Program-made: the position numbers and the translations under genes | The notes under the pieces: model-generated | What the model was told of the DNA's origin: nothing | Seen by the model: the letters and a program-made list of their open reading frames with translations, nothing else | Database searches by the model: none | Shown: piece by piece, positions 27,836-37,711 of the stretch | Layout of the letters: the number at the start of each line of letters is the position of its first letter | Numbering within the stretch: position 1 is the stretch's first letter | DNA from: a plasmid | Direction: 5' to 3' (one strand) | DNA length: 64,000 nt | Sequence record: NZ_CP044066.1

Positions 27836-29333
27836 CAGGGTCTGCCTCAGGAGGGAGCAACGGCCCCGCATCGCCCAAGAACCTGGGAACGCCGCTCAGA
27901 ACCCCTTGGAATTGCTCCAATGGAGCGCCGAAGACGAGCCCCGTGTTGCCCAACCTGTATTCGCGAATTGATTCCTCGTGCGGACCGGTGCGCTTCTTGA
28001 TGACCGAGACGGCGCGGCGCACGCGTCCGTGCGCTTCGAAATAGCGGAGCAGGATAACGGTATCGGCAAGGTACGTCACGTCGACGGGTGTCTTCATGTC
28101 TCCCACCAAGCCATGCTGGGCCACGGTCAGGAATGTATTCGCGCCTTGCCGGTTCAGGTATTGGAGCAGTTCGTGAATATGAAGCGTCAACGCACTCTCT
28201 TCCGGCATGGCGGACTCATAGCCGTTGATGCTGTCGATCACCACTGTCTTCGCCTGCAGGTCGTCCACGCTGGTGCGTACCCGATGCGCGAACTCTCCGG
28301 GGGACAGTTCGGCCGCATCGACCTGCTCAATATGCAGCTTCCCCGAGGCGCGCATGGCTTCGAGGTCTATGCCCATGGCACGGACTCGATCGAAGAGCAG
28401 GCCGAGTTCTTCGTCGAATATGAACAGCGCAGCTTTTTCACCACGCTCAACTGCTGCCGCTACGAACTGGAGTGCGTAGAGACTTTTACCGGTTCCTGAC
28501 GGGCCTAGAATAAGTACGCTGGAACCTTGCTCGACTCCGCCACCAAGAAGGTCATCCAGACCCTGAATCCCACTTGTGCGTTGTTTGCGACTAAACACGG
28601 AGCGATGTTCCAGTGCCACCAGCCGCGGAAAGACCGCCACACCACCGGTCTTGATCGTGAAATCGTGATAGCCACCTCGGAATGACTGGCCCCGGTACTT
28701 AACAATCTTCACCCTGCGACGCTCTGCGCCGTAGTTCGGCGAAAGCTCCTCCAGCTTCACGACGCCATGAGCAATGCTATGTACCGTCTTGTCCTCCACG
28801 TCCGAGGTACGATCATCGAGTATCAGTACGGTAGCGTTTTGGCGGGCGAAGTAATGCTTGAATGCGAGAACCTGGCGCCGATATCGCAGGGAACTTTGGG
28901 CTAGCAAGCGAATTTCCGAAAGGCTGTCGATAACGACGCGCCCGGGCTTAACGCGAGCGAACTCGGCGAGGATAGACGTGACCGTCTCCCCGAGTTCGAG
29001 GTCGGAGGAATATAGTAAGCTCTGCTGCTGGTTCGCCTCTAGAAGGGCTTCAGGCGGAGTTACCTCAAATATTGAGATCAGTGGGTCCAACTCCCATCCA
29101 TGGGAATACATGCCGTCCTTCAACTCCTCAGCAGTCTCAGACAGAGTGATATACAACCCACGTTGACCCTTCTCCGCGCCGGCCATCAGAAACTTGATGG
29201 CAATCGTTGTTTTGCCAGTGCCAGGGCTGCCTTCCAACAGGTAGAGATTTCCTTCCTTGAGCCCACCGTTGAGAATATCGTCAAGCCCCGAAACGCCCGT
29301 GCTTGCGAATGTCCGTGCCGCCGCGTCGCTCAT
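27828..29333 (-). CDS. kaiC: KaiC-family double RecA-like ATPase.
   Basis: 501 aa with two Walker A motifs (GSPGTGKTTIAIKF; GPSGTGKSLYALQF), each followed by its own Walker B. Typical KaiC CI/CII duplication. No kaiB or kaiA nearby. Confidence 0.75.
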   Translation of the reverse strand: MSDAAARTFASTGVSGLDDILNGGLKEGNLYLLEGSPGTGKTTIAIKFLMAGAEKGQRGLYITLSETAEELKDGMYSHGWELDPLISIFEVTPPEALLEANQQQSLLYSSDLELGETVTSILAEFARVKPGRVVIDSLSEIRLLAQSSLRYRRQVLAFKHYFARQNATVLILDDRTSDVEDKTVHSIAHGVVKLEELSPNYGAERRRVKIVKYRGQSFRGGYHDFTIKTGGVAVFPRLVALEHRSVFSRKQRTSGIQGLDDLLGGGVEQGSSVLILGPSGTGKSLYALQFVAAAVERGEKAALFIFDEELGLLFDRVRAMGIDLEAMRASGKLHIEQVDAAELSPGEFAHRVRTSVDDLQAKTVVIDSINGYESAMPEESALTLHIHELLQYLNRQGANTFLTVAQHGLVGDMKTPVDVTYLADTVILLRYFEAHGRVRRAVSVIKKRTGPHEESIREYRLGNTGLVFGAPLEQFQGVLSGVPRFLGDAGPLLPPEADPDE

Positions 29334-30049
29334 AAACTCTCCGGGATAACGATCGTGTGACTAGCCTATCACCGTCTTACTGACCGCATGCACCACCTGC
29401 TATCTATCGTACCTTCTCTATGCCTGGAGCAAACTGTGCTCGCCTGCGCCGCGGGAACGTCTGTGAAGCAAGTGCAGTACTGACGGTTGCGATGGAGGGT
29501 TCGAGGGACGCGGAATGCAATGATCTGAAGATGTCGCGCTGGTCATAATCCAGCGACCTCATAAGACGTAATTGGGATAACTGTTTAGTTCGGCATATAG
29601 GAGCAGTTTGGCATGATACTGCGCGCATGCTATCGGCCAATGTCTGACACGTTTCCACGGGCCTGTCGCCAACTATGGGACTCGAACCCTATGGATGTGC
29701 AGATTACTGGGCTCAGGCCAACCAGCGCGGTGGCCGGGCCAGATATCACGCGAAGCGGGTGCTGGCGCCAACGATGGCGCACCGACGCCGGTATGTTCAT
29801 CATCTGCTCCTTCCGCCCGTCAGCGGGGCGCTGTCGAGATCAGACTCGCCGCATGGCAAGCGATTCCAGCGTCGATTGCTGATCGGGAGGCACATTGATC
29901 GTCGCCGTGCCATCGCCGCTGTCAACTGCCGGCTCCGGATCTTCACGAACGCGAGCGCGCTGTCCGTATTACACGGGCCGCGGATATCGTCGCCTTGCGA
30001 CACGTTGTAGTAAATGGTGGCGAAGCGCGGGTCGCCGGGAGTCTTGCCG

Positions 30050-30220
30050 GGTGAGAAGTTCGGCCTGATCGGAGTACAGCGCCTTTTCGAACGACTCCTG
30101 ATGCGAGACTTCGCGCGTCATCGGGAAGCCCAGTGCTTCCTGCACCCCCGGAGCGTCCGTGATGTTCATGAGCCGCCTCATTCGCGTCAGGGCTCGCCCT
30201 AGTCTGTTCCGCGATCTCAA
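30050..30220 (-). pseudogene. Remnant of a manganese-catalase paralogue disrupted by IS insertion.
   Basis: Minus-strand translation …RLMNITDAPGVQEALGFPMTREVSHQESFEKALYS… parallels the C-terminal region of the intact Mn catalase at 60786-61664 (ERLMNVTTDPGIKEALGFLMTREIAHQKSFEKALYS). There are stops and divergence on both sides. It abuts the IS left end at about 30326. Confidence 0.55.
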
Positions 30221-30325
30221 AAAACTGGACCGGTCTCTGAGCGTTCTGTTGGACCACGGTTAGCCGGCCTGTGAATACGGCTGACATTTTTCATTTAACA
30301 TAACATGCATTAGAGTATCGATCGG

Positions 30326-31932
30326 TGTTGGCGGTTTTTTCTAATGTCGTACCTGAGACGAATTCAAATGTCGTATCTCCAGGCTCCCGATCCTGCCATG
30401 CTGGCTGACCTTCGCCAGTCAGGAGCACGAGCATGGGCCGCCCCGACACGATCACCATGAGCATGCAGGAACTGGACCGCTGCAAAGTTATCGAAGCCGT
30501 CGTCCGAGATGGTCTGATGGTGTGGCGCGCGGCCGAGAAGCTCGGTATCAGTCGCCGCCAGATCGAGCGGCTGGCCCAGCGATATCGAGAAGACGGTCCA
30601 CGAGGCCTTCTGTCCCGCAAATGGGGGCAAGCTGGCCACCGCCAACTGCCTCCCGGGCTGGAATCACGCGCACGTGGCCTGATCCGCGACACCTACGCTG
30701 ACTTCGGCCCGACGCTGGCGGCCGAGAAGCTGCGCGAGCGCCATGGCCTCGATCTCTCGACGTCCTGTGTGCGCCGGATCATGATTGACGCCGGCTTCTG
30801 GGTGCCCCGCAAGTTGCGCCCGCCCAAGGTCCACCAGCCGAGGAACCGCCGCGCCTGCCTGGGCGAGCTGGTGCAGATCGATGGCAGCGACCATGCATGG
30901 TTCGAGGACCGCGCGCCGGCGTGCACGCTGCTGGTCTACGTCGATGACGCCACCGGCCGGCTGATGCAGCTCCTGTTCGTGCCAACCGAGTCGACGCTCG
31001 CGTATTTCACCGCCACGCGCGGCTATGTCGAGCAGCACGGCAAGCCCGTGGCGTTCTATTCCGACAAGGCCAGCATCTTCCGCACAAACCGCCAGCAGAC
31101 GCCCGAAGGCCGCGGCTATACGCAGTTTGGCCGCGCGCTGTTCGAGCTCAACATCGACATCCTGTGCGCCAATACGAGCCAGGCCAAGGGCCGTGTCGAG
31201 CGGATGAATGGCACGCTGCAGGACCGGCTGGTCAAGGAACTGCGGCTACGCGGCATTAGCTCGATGGCCGACGCCAACGCCTACGTCCCCATGTTCATCG
31301 CCGATTTCAACACGCGCTTTGCCAAGGTACCGCGCAGCGATTTCGATGCGCACCGGCCGCTGCGTGGCGACGAGGATCTGGCGCGGATCTTCTGTTGGCG
31401 CGAATGGCGCAAGGTGTCGCAGAGCCTGACCCTGCAGTACGACAAGGTGATGTTCCTGCTCGAGGACCGGCCCGCGCACCGCCACCTGGCGCACCGATAC
31501 ATCGAGGTCGCCGAGTACCCGGACGGGCGGATCGAGCTGTGGGGCGATGGCGCATCCCTGCCCTACACCACCTATTTTCGTTACCCGGAGGTTGACCAGG
31601 GCGCCATCGTGGAGAACAAGCGGCTGGGCCACGTGCTGGAGATCGCGCAGAAGGTGCAGGCGCTACGCGACAGCCGGCATTCCGAGGGACCGTCGCGCAC
31701 GATGTCGGGGGTGCCGGTCCGTTCCCAGGAGGTTGCGCCCGGCACGCGGCGTCAGCGGCAAATCAATCGCTTGGATCTGGAGCGTGCCATGGCCACCACC
31801 CTGCTCTGCCCGCCCGCAACAGCGGCCAGCGCCACCGCCCCAAAAAAGAACCGGCTTCCACACAAACCGCACGCCCGTGCCGACATTTGAATTTGCCGGG
31901 CGCTCCGACACCTGAGAACGCCCTAGACAATC
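30326..31932 (+). mobile_element. Insertion sequence with a single DDE transposase, possibly ISNCY/IS1202-like or IS481-related. Full length.
   Basis: Transposase ORF 30433-31890 (485 aa). N-terminal HTH (LGISRRQIERLAQRYREDGPRGL). DDE core (…VQIDGSDH…LLVYVDDATGR…). The left subterminal repeats 'aatgtcgta' x2 are mirrored at the right end ('cgacatttgaatt' at about 31888). Boundaries are approximate. Confidence 0.6.
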
Positions 31933-32400
31933 GGTGTTGGCCACTATTAGTAATGTCACCTTTGAGATGAATAGAGATGTCACCTCAGGCTTCTCCTCGT
32001 AGGCTCCTAGATTCGCCGGGCGCTTCGGGAGGCTGCGATGCACGGACAGGGATTGGTGACCATGAGCATGCGAGAGATAGACCGCATGAAGGTGATCCAG
32101 GCGGTGGCAGACGGCCATTTGGCACGCTGGTGTGCGGCCGAGAAGCTCAGTATCAGTCGCCGCCCGGTCGAGCGGTTGGCGCAGCGATATCGACAGGACG
32201 GTCCACGCGGCCTCTTGTCCCGTAAATGGGGGCAAGCCGGCCACCGTCAGTTGGCTCCCCGGGCTGGCGTCACGTGCACGGGGCTTGACCCGCGACCGCT
32301 ACGCGGAATTTGGCCCGGCGCTGGCCGCTGAGATCCTGTGCGAGCGTCATGCTAAGGTGAGAGCAACAGAAAGGGAACGGCTGCACCCCACATGCCGGAA
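31933..32400 (+). mobile_element. Truncated second, diverged copy of the same IS type. The left end plus about 100 codons of transposase, frameshifted.
   Basis: The left-end sequence is shared with the first copy ('atcggtgttggc…taatgtcacc…gatgtcacc'). Translation MSMREIDRMKVIQAVADGHLARWCAAEKLSISRRPVERLAQRYRQDGPRGLLSRKWGQAGHRQL is about 75% identical to the first copy's N-terminus, then frameshifts (…SRARGLTRDRYAEFGPALAAE…). The remnant ends before the convergent gene at 32544. Confidence 0.6.
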
Positions 32401-32543
32401 GTCGACACCTTATGCGGCAGCGGATCGTCCCAGTATTCCGGACGCCGGCACAGGGTGCAGAAGTGAGCACGGGGTATTCGTTCTCTCCCATTTGATCGTC
32501 ATAGTTGCCGCCCTGTGTCTACAGCGTGGACATTGCGGTGGGG

Positions 32544-35500
32544 CTATCTTTTCTGAAGGTGAGCGACCGTAGTCAACAACGCATCGAGACCAATTGGCTT
32601 GGATAGATGCGCATCAAAGCCTGCGCGTAAAGCTGCATCGACATCAGCTTGACGATCGAAGCCGCTTATGGCAATGGCATAGATTCCGGCCAGTTTAGGC
32701 CGGCTACGCACAGCTCGCAGCAACTCGTAGCCATCCATGCCGGGCATCCCAAGATCCGATAACAAAAGATGCGGTGGCGCGCTCTCCATCTGATCCAGCG
32801 CTCGCTCTGCGTTAGTCGCTACGTCGACAGTCGCTCCAATTGACTCGAGCAGCAGTCTAAAGGTCTCCACGGTCAATGCATCGTCATCGACCAAAAACAC
32901 ACGCATGCCCTGGAGGACTGCAGTCGGCACTGCTGAGACATGAGCTCCCGTCTCTTGCGTTGAAACAGATGGCAGCTCGACGGTGAAGGTTGCGCCCTGG
33001 CCGATGCCCGCCGACTCGGCATGCACGGTACCATTCTGCAATTCAACCAACTCCTTCACCAACGATAGACCGATGCCGAGCCCACCGCTGCGACCGGCCG
33101 AGAATCCTCCCTGGCGGAACAAGTCAAAGATGTAGGGCAACGTCTGCGCGTCAATGCCCGTGCCCGTATTGCGGACCACCAGACGAAGCTGTGCACCAAT
33201 CCGACTCAAAACGACGTCGATGGCACCACCTTCCTCGGTAAATTTGATTGCGTTGCTGAGCAAGTTCCAAACGATCTGCTCGATACGCGTCAGATCTGCT
33301 CGTACCCACAGCGGCTCCTTACCAATGTCGCAGACCAGGGTCACGCCTCGATCATTTGCGTCTTGCGTAACCGCGTCGCACACGCGTTTCACCACGCTCC
33401 TCAGATCGATTGTCTCTCGGACAATCGATAACTTGCCTGTTCGAATGCGCGACATATCCAGCAAGTCGTCGATAATTTTGGCCTGACCGATGATCGTCTG
33501 TCTGATGGTGTTCGTTGCGCGCTCGATGACAGGATTGCGCTGTGCCTCAGGCGAGCGCGCAATCAACTCATTGCTGGCGCTAATCAGGTTTAGGGGATGC
33601 TTGAGTTCATGCGAGACAATGGCCAAGAACTCGTCACGGCGGAACTGCCCCTGCTGCCATTTGTCTTCATCCGCACGTGGCGCACCGGCGGGCAGCACCT
33701 CGTCCAGGTCGCGGGCGATCTTGGCAAAGCCTATGACGCCACCAGTGTCCAGACGGGACAAGACCCCACTGGAGCGAAAACGCTTGCCGTCCTTGCGCAG
33801 GTGCCAGCGCTCTTCTTCCACACGCCCATATTTGCGAGCCTGTGCCATCTCTTCGTCGGGGACGCCGCGCTCGCGATCTTCCGGCGTAAAGAGGGTGCTC
33901 GCGAGATTACCGAGCATTTCGCTTTCCGAGTATCCGAAGATTCTTTCCGCGCCTCGATTCCAGCTTGTTATGCGACCATCATCATCAAACGTAATGATGG
34001 CGTAATCGCGCGTGCTTTCGGCAACGATGTTCATACGATGCTCGCCTTCACGCGCCCGCTCTTCTGCGGCACGACGTGAGGTGATATCGATGAACGAGAG
34101 CACCGCGCCATCGATGCGGTCCTCTGTGGTTCGATATGGCAAGAATCGCGCGAGGTACCACCGCCCGTCGATACTGCGCAGCTCGCGCTCGATCAATCTC
34201 AGTGAGTCAAAGGCTTCGGCAGCGTCGTCGGCAAGCTTGTCGTACTCCAGACGGTGCGTGATGTCGAGCAGCGATCGGCCGATATCCGAGGGGATAATGC
34301 TAAAGACATCAGTGGCCCGTGGCGTGTAGCGCTTGATTCGGATGTTGCGGTCTACGAATATCGTACCGATGTCGTTCGCCGTAATTAGGTTTTGCAGGTC
34401 GTCGTTGATCTTGCTTGTTTCCTCGACCTTCGACTTCAGTTCCGCATTGACAGTGGTCAGTTCCTCATTGATGGACTGGAGCTCTTCTTTGCTCGTCTCA
34501 AGCTCTTCACTGGCCGAACGTAGCTCCTCGTTGATTGCCTGCAGCTCTTCGTTCGATGCCTTCAGTTCCTCCGTGGATGTCTCGGACTGTTCGATGGTTG
34601 CCTGTAGCTGCTCCTTCGTTCGTTGCAGCTCACGTTCGAGCTGACTCACGATCGGGTCCCGAGACACCACCTCCGAGACTTCACCGTCGGCACTCATGCT
34701 GTTTTCCACTTCGTCGAAGAGTACCAAAATGAAGTCCGCGCCGGATTCGGCGTCGTGCACAGGCCGCGCGATCATGTTGACAAAAAATCGGCGGCCGTCT
34801 CGCGCAAGCTCCACGCGGCGAGCCTCGACGCTGTGATTCGATTGCAATGCCTGGAAGATCGCAGTGCGCAGCTCCAAGCGCAACTCTGGCCTCACGGCAG
34901 CAATAATATTGTGCGAAGGAACGCCGCCGGCATATTGGAGAAAGCGACCGGCCCGATCCGATAGATGGACGATATCGGAGTCGCGGCTAAGCAAGACGCT
35001 CGGCGGCGCGTGTTGCTCCACGAGTCGTTGGTGAAGGTCGCCAAACGAAAACTTACGCTTGCCTGTGGGAGGCTGTAGAGTCATGGGCATTCGTGCGTTG
35101 GCCAAACCGACAGACGATAGCGGCACCGGAGAATCCGTTCTCACGGCAACATTGGCGCGGTAAATCCGCGCCTTCTTGTCAACCAATGTGAAAAGATCGC
35201 CTGCGCCGTCTGCAGTCTCCGAGCTGCCGAGAAATAAGAATCCGCCTTGCCGCAGCGCGAAGTGAAACGTACGGAGAATCTCGAGCTGCGCGTCGCGGTC
35301 CAGGTAAATTAGAAGGTTCCGGCAGCACACCATGTCCAGCCGCGAGAACGGTGGATCGCTAAGGACATTGTGGATAGCGAACAAGACATTGGCACGAAGC
35401 TCTTTCTTCACGCGATAGTGGACTGCCTCCTTGGTCAAAAATTGGCGCGACCTGCGACTGTCCACATCTGCAAGAATTGAATCAGGGTAGAGGCCGAGCC

Positions 35501-36647
35501 GTGCCGTCGCGATCGCACGTTCGTCGATGTCCGTTGCGAAAACCTGAAACGCGACGCCATCTACTGCGCGCTCAGCCGCCTCCTGAAGCGCCATCGCGAT
35601 CGAGTACGCTTCCTCGCCCGTTGCACAGCCAGCGGACCAAACTCGGATCGGCTCGTTGGCGCTCCGATTGTCCAGTAGCTGTGGAATGACAGTTGTCTGC
35701 AGCACATCGAAAGCATCCCGATCACGGAAGAAATTAGTGACGCTGATCAGCATGTCCTGCAGCAGTAACGGGGTCTCGTCCGGATGCTCGTGCAGATAGT
35801 CCCGATATTCGCGTAGATCGGTCAAGCCACTGACTTGCAGCCTTCTCTCGATACGACGAAGAATTGTTGCCCGTTTGTACTGGCGGAAGTCGTGCGAAGT
35901 ACGCGCTCGCAGAATTGCCATGATCTCGCGCAATATGCGTTCGGTATACTCCGCGGCCACCGCATGACTTTTGTTGGGTTCCGCCGCGCTAGGTATCTGA
36001 ATGCGGCTGGCGGTCACCCAGAGATCCATCAATCGCTGTGGCATCTCCGGCACCGACAACACTAGGTCGACCATGCCAGTGGTGATAGCAGCGCGCGGCA
36101 TGCTAGGGAACTCCGCCTCCTCTGGCCGCTGCGCAATGGTGATACCACCAAGTTCCTTGATGCGCGTCAAACCGACCGATCCGTCCGAGCCTGCGCCCGA
36201 CAAGACGATGGAAATGGCACGTTCACGATGTGCTTCCGCCAGTGAGCGAAAGAAAAGGTCAATCGCCGCACGTCGGTCATCTGGTGATTCTGCCGGCTGC
36301 ACTCGCAGACAGCCATCGACCATGGTCAGGAGCACCGATGGCGATATCACGTACACGTGATTGGCTTCAATTAGATTGGCATCCGCAACCTGAACTACGG
36401 GCATATCCGTCGCACTGCGCAACAGGTCGGGAAGCGTGCTATTGTGGTCGGGAGACAAATGCAGCACGATCACGTACGCGGCGCCGGAGCGCGCCGGCAG
36501 AGCTTCAAAGAAAGCTTTCAGCACTTCAATGCCGCCGGCCGAAGCACCTATGCCAACCACCGGAAAATTGAGTTGGCTTGGAGTTGGCACAGGCGGAGTT
36601 CGGACCATAGCTTGATTTAAGTTGGGTGGTGGAGCTTTGGCCACCAT
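32544..36647 (-). CDS. CheB-methylesterase/CheR-methyltransferase fusion hybrid histidine kinase. Domain order: CheB_methylest, CheR, coiled coil, PAS x2, HisKA, HATPase_c, REC.
   Basis: 1367 aa. N-terminus VVGIGASAGGIEVLKAFF (CheB catalytic domain). CheR SAM-binding region (IRVWSAGCATGEEAYSIAMAL). Heptad coiled coil (EELKASNEELQAINEELRSASEELETSKEELQSINEEL). H-box (VSHELKHPLN). G-boxes. C-terminal REC (VFLVDDD…DLGMPGMDGYEL). Confidence 0.8.
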   Translation of the reverse strand: MVAKAPPPNLNQAMVRTPPVPTPSQLNFPVVGIGASAGGIEVLKAFFEALPARSGAAYVIVLHLSPDHNSTLPDLLRSATDMPVVQVADANLIEANHVYVISPSVLLTMVDGCLRVQPAESPDDRRAAIDLFFRSLAEAHRERAISIVLSGAGSDGSVGLTRIKELGGITIAQRPEEAEFPSMPRAAITTGMVDLVLSVPEMPQRLMDLWVTASRIQIPSAAEPNKSHAVAAEYTERILREIMAILRARTSHDFRQYKRATILRRIERRLQVSGLTDLREYRDYLHEHPDETPLLLQDMLISVTNFFRDRDAFDVLQTTVIPQLLDNRSANEPIRVWSAGCATGEEAYSIAMALQEAAERAVDGVAFQVFATDIDERAIATARLGLYPDSILADVDSRRSRQFLTKEAVHYRVKKELRANVLFAIHNVLSDPPFSRLDMVCCRNLLIYLDRDAQLEILRTFHFALRQGGFLFLGSSETADGAGDLFTLVDKKARIYRANVAVRTDSPVPLSSVGLANARMPMTLQPPTGKRKFSFGDLHQRLVEQHAPPSVLLSRDSDIVHLSDRAGRFLQYAGGVPSHNIIAAVRPELRLELRTAIFQALQSNHSVEARRVELARDGRRFFVNMIARPVHDAESGADFILVLFDEVENSMSADGEVSEVVSRDPIVSQLERELQRTKEQLQATIEQSETSTEELKASNEELQAINEELRSASEELETSKEELQSINEELTTVNAELKSKVEETSKINDDLQNLITANDIGTIFVDRNIRIKRYTPRATDVFSIIPSDIGRSLLDITHRLEYDKLADDAAEAFDSLRLIERELRSIDGRWYLARFLPYRTTEDRIDGAVLSFIDITSRRAAEERAREGEHRMNIVAESTRDYAIITFDDDGRITSWNRGAERIFGYSESEMLGNLASTLFTPEDRERGVPDEEMAQARKYGRVEEERWHLRKDGKRFRSSGVLSRLDTGGVIGFAKIARDLDEVLPAGAPRADEDKWQQGQFRRDEFLAIVSHELKHPLNLISASNELIARSPEAQRNPVIERATNTIRQTIIGQAKIIDDLLDMSRIRTGKLSIVRETIDLRSVVKRVCDAVTQDANDRGVTLVCDIGKEPLWVRADLTRIEQIVWNLLSNAIKFTEEGGAIDVVLSRIGAQLRLVVRNTGTGIDAQTLPYIFDLFRQGGFSAGRSGGLGIGLSLVKELVELQNGTVHAESAGIGQGATFTVELPSVSTQETGAHVSAVPTAVLQGMRVFLVDDDALTVETFRLLLESIGATVDVATNAERALDQMESAPPHLLLSDLGMPGMDGYELLRAVRSRPKLAGIYAIAISGFDRQADVDAALRAGFDAHLSKPIGLDALLTTVAHLQKR

Positions 36648-37711
36648 GATACTCCGAGCGGTTTCCTCTTCCGCCGTCCATACGATCCGAAGTGGTTAAC
36701 CTCGAGCGCAGATTGGTCAGGCAGCTAGCTGCAAGACCGCGGCGAGCCCGCAGCGGCAGTTTGCGTGTTGACTATACGTCCGCCAGAATATGCAGTACTG
36801 GATAGCCCCTTACGGGCCGAGGGAGACGTGCTTGGGCATGCCGATCAACGCAGAGATGCACGCTGGAGCAGAAGTGAGTGGTGGTGAAATACTGGGGGGC
36901 ACGGCTTATCCCTAGCTAGTAGTTGGAGTGCCCTCGGGTGTCACGTCTGACGTCTAGCGTCCGGTAATGCCAGGCCGCTAATTGATCACTGTCGCACCTG
37001 ACGTTGCGGGAACTTCTCTGGATCTATCCCATGCCAGCGTTTACTGGCTTGAGAAAAAAACTCTAGCGGAGTGGCGACAGCGGTCGCCAGCGCCCGCTTC
37101 CTGGCATTCCAGTTCACAAGATCTTACTCCGAATGAATGACCGCTTTGAAGGCGACCTTCTGACTGGAGTGGGTTGTTTTGTGACGGTTGCGACTGCGGG
37201 CGACGCCGATGCCCTTCTTCCCCGGCCGGGACCTGGTGGTGGCTAGCTCGCCCTCAAAGGCCGCGCGGCGAATGCCAACTTGATACTCCCCACTCTGCCC
37301 GTTGACTTGACCGCTGCGGGTCGGCGCCACCGCCCTGCGGCGTCCTCACAGCAGGCATTTAACCCCGCACAAACCGCACGACCGTGCCCACATAATGGAA
37401 GGGTCAGCTCGATCTCGCGATGCATCGTCTAGGCTGGAGGCGCGTCATTTTCCGGAGGAGCCTGCGATGAGCGAAGTTACCGTGATTGGCATTGATCTCG
37501 GCAGACATGTTTTTCACTTGCCGCCGAGGCTGGCCTCCAGGAGCAGGAAGATTGCTGTGGTTCTCTTGGATGCAAGACCGAAGGCGGTGGCTTCGACATT
37601 GCTGTACCCTGTCACAAGGTATTCAGAAGTCCATGCCTACTGACCGGGCTTGGCCGGGGGCAATCGCCGCATTCGTAGCACGCTCGCGATCGGCTTATTC
37701 AAGAGAGAGCG

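Noticed and set aside
37124-37330. 68-aa basic ORF (…GKKGIGVARSRNRHKTTHSSQK…) in the divergent CheB/CheR intergenic region.
   Set aside because: Superficially resembles a basic ribosomal/transposase tail but no family could be matched. No start-context support. Likely regulatory DNA.
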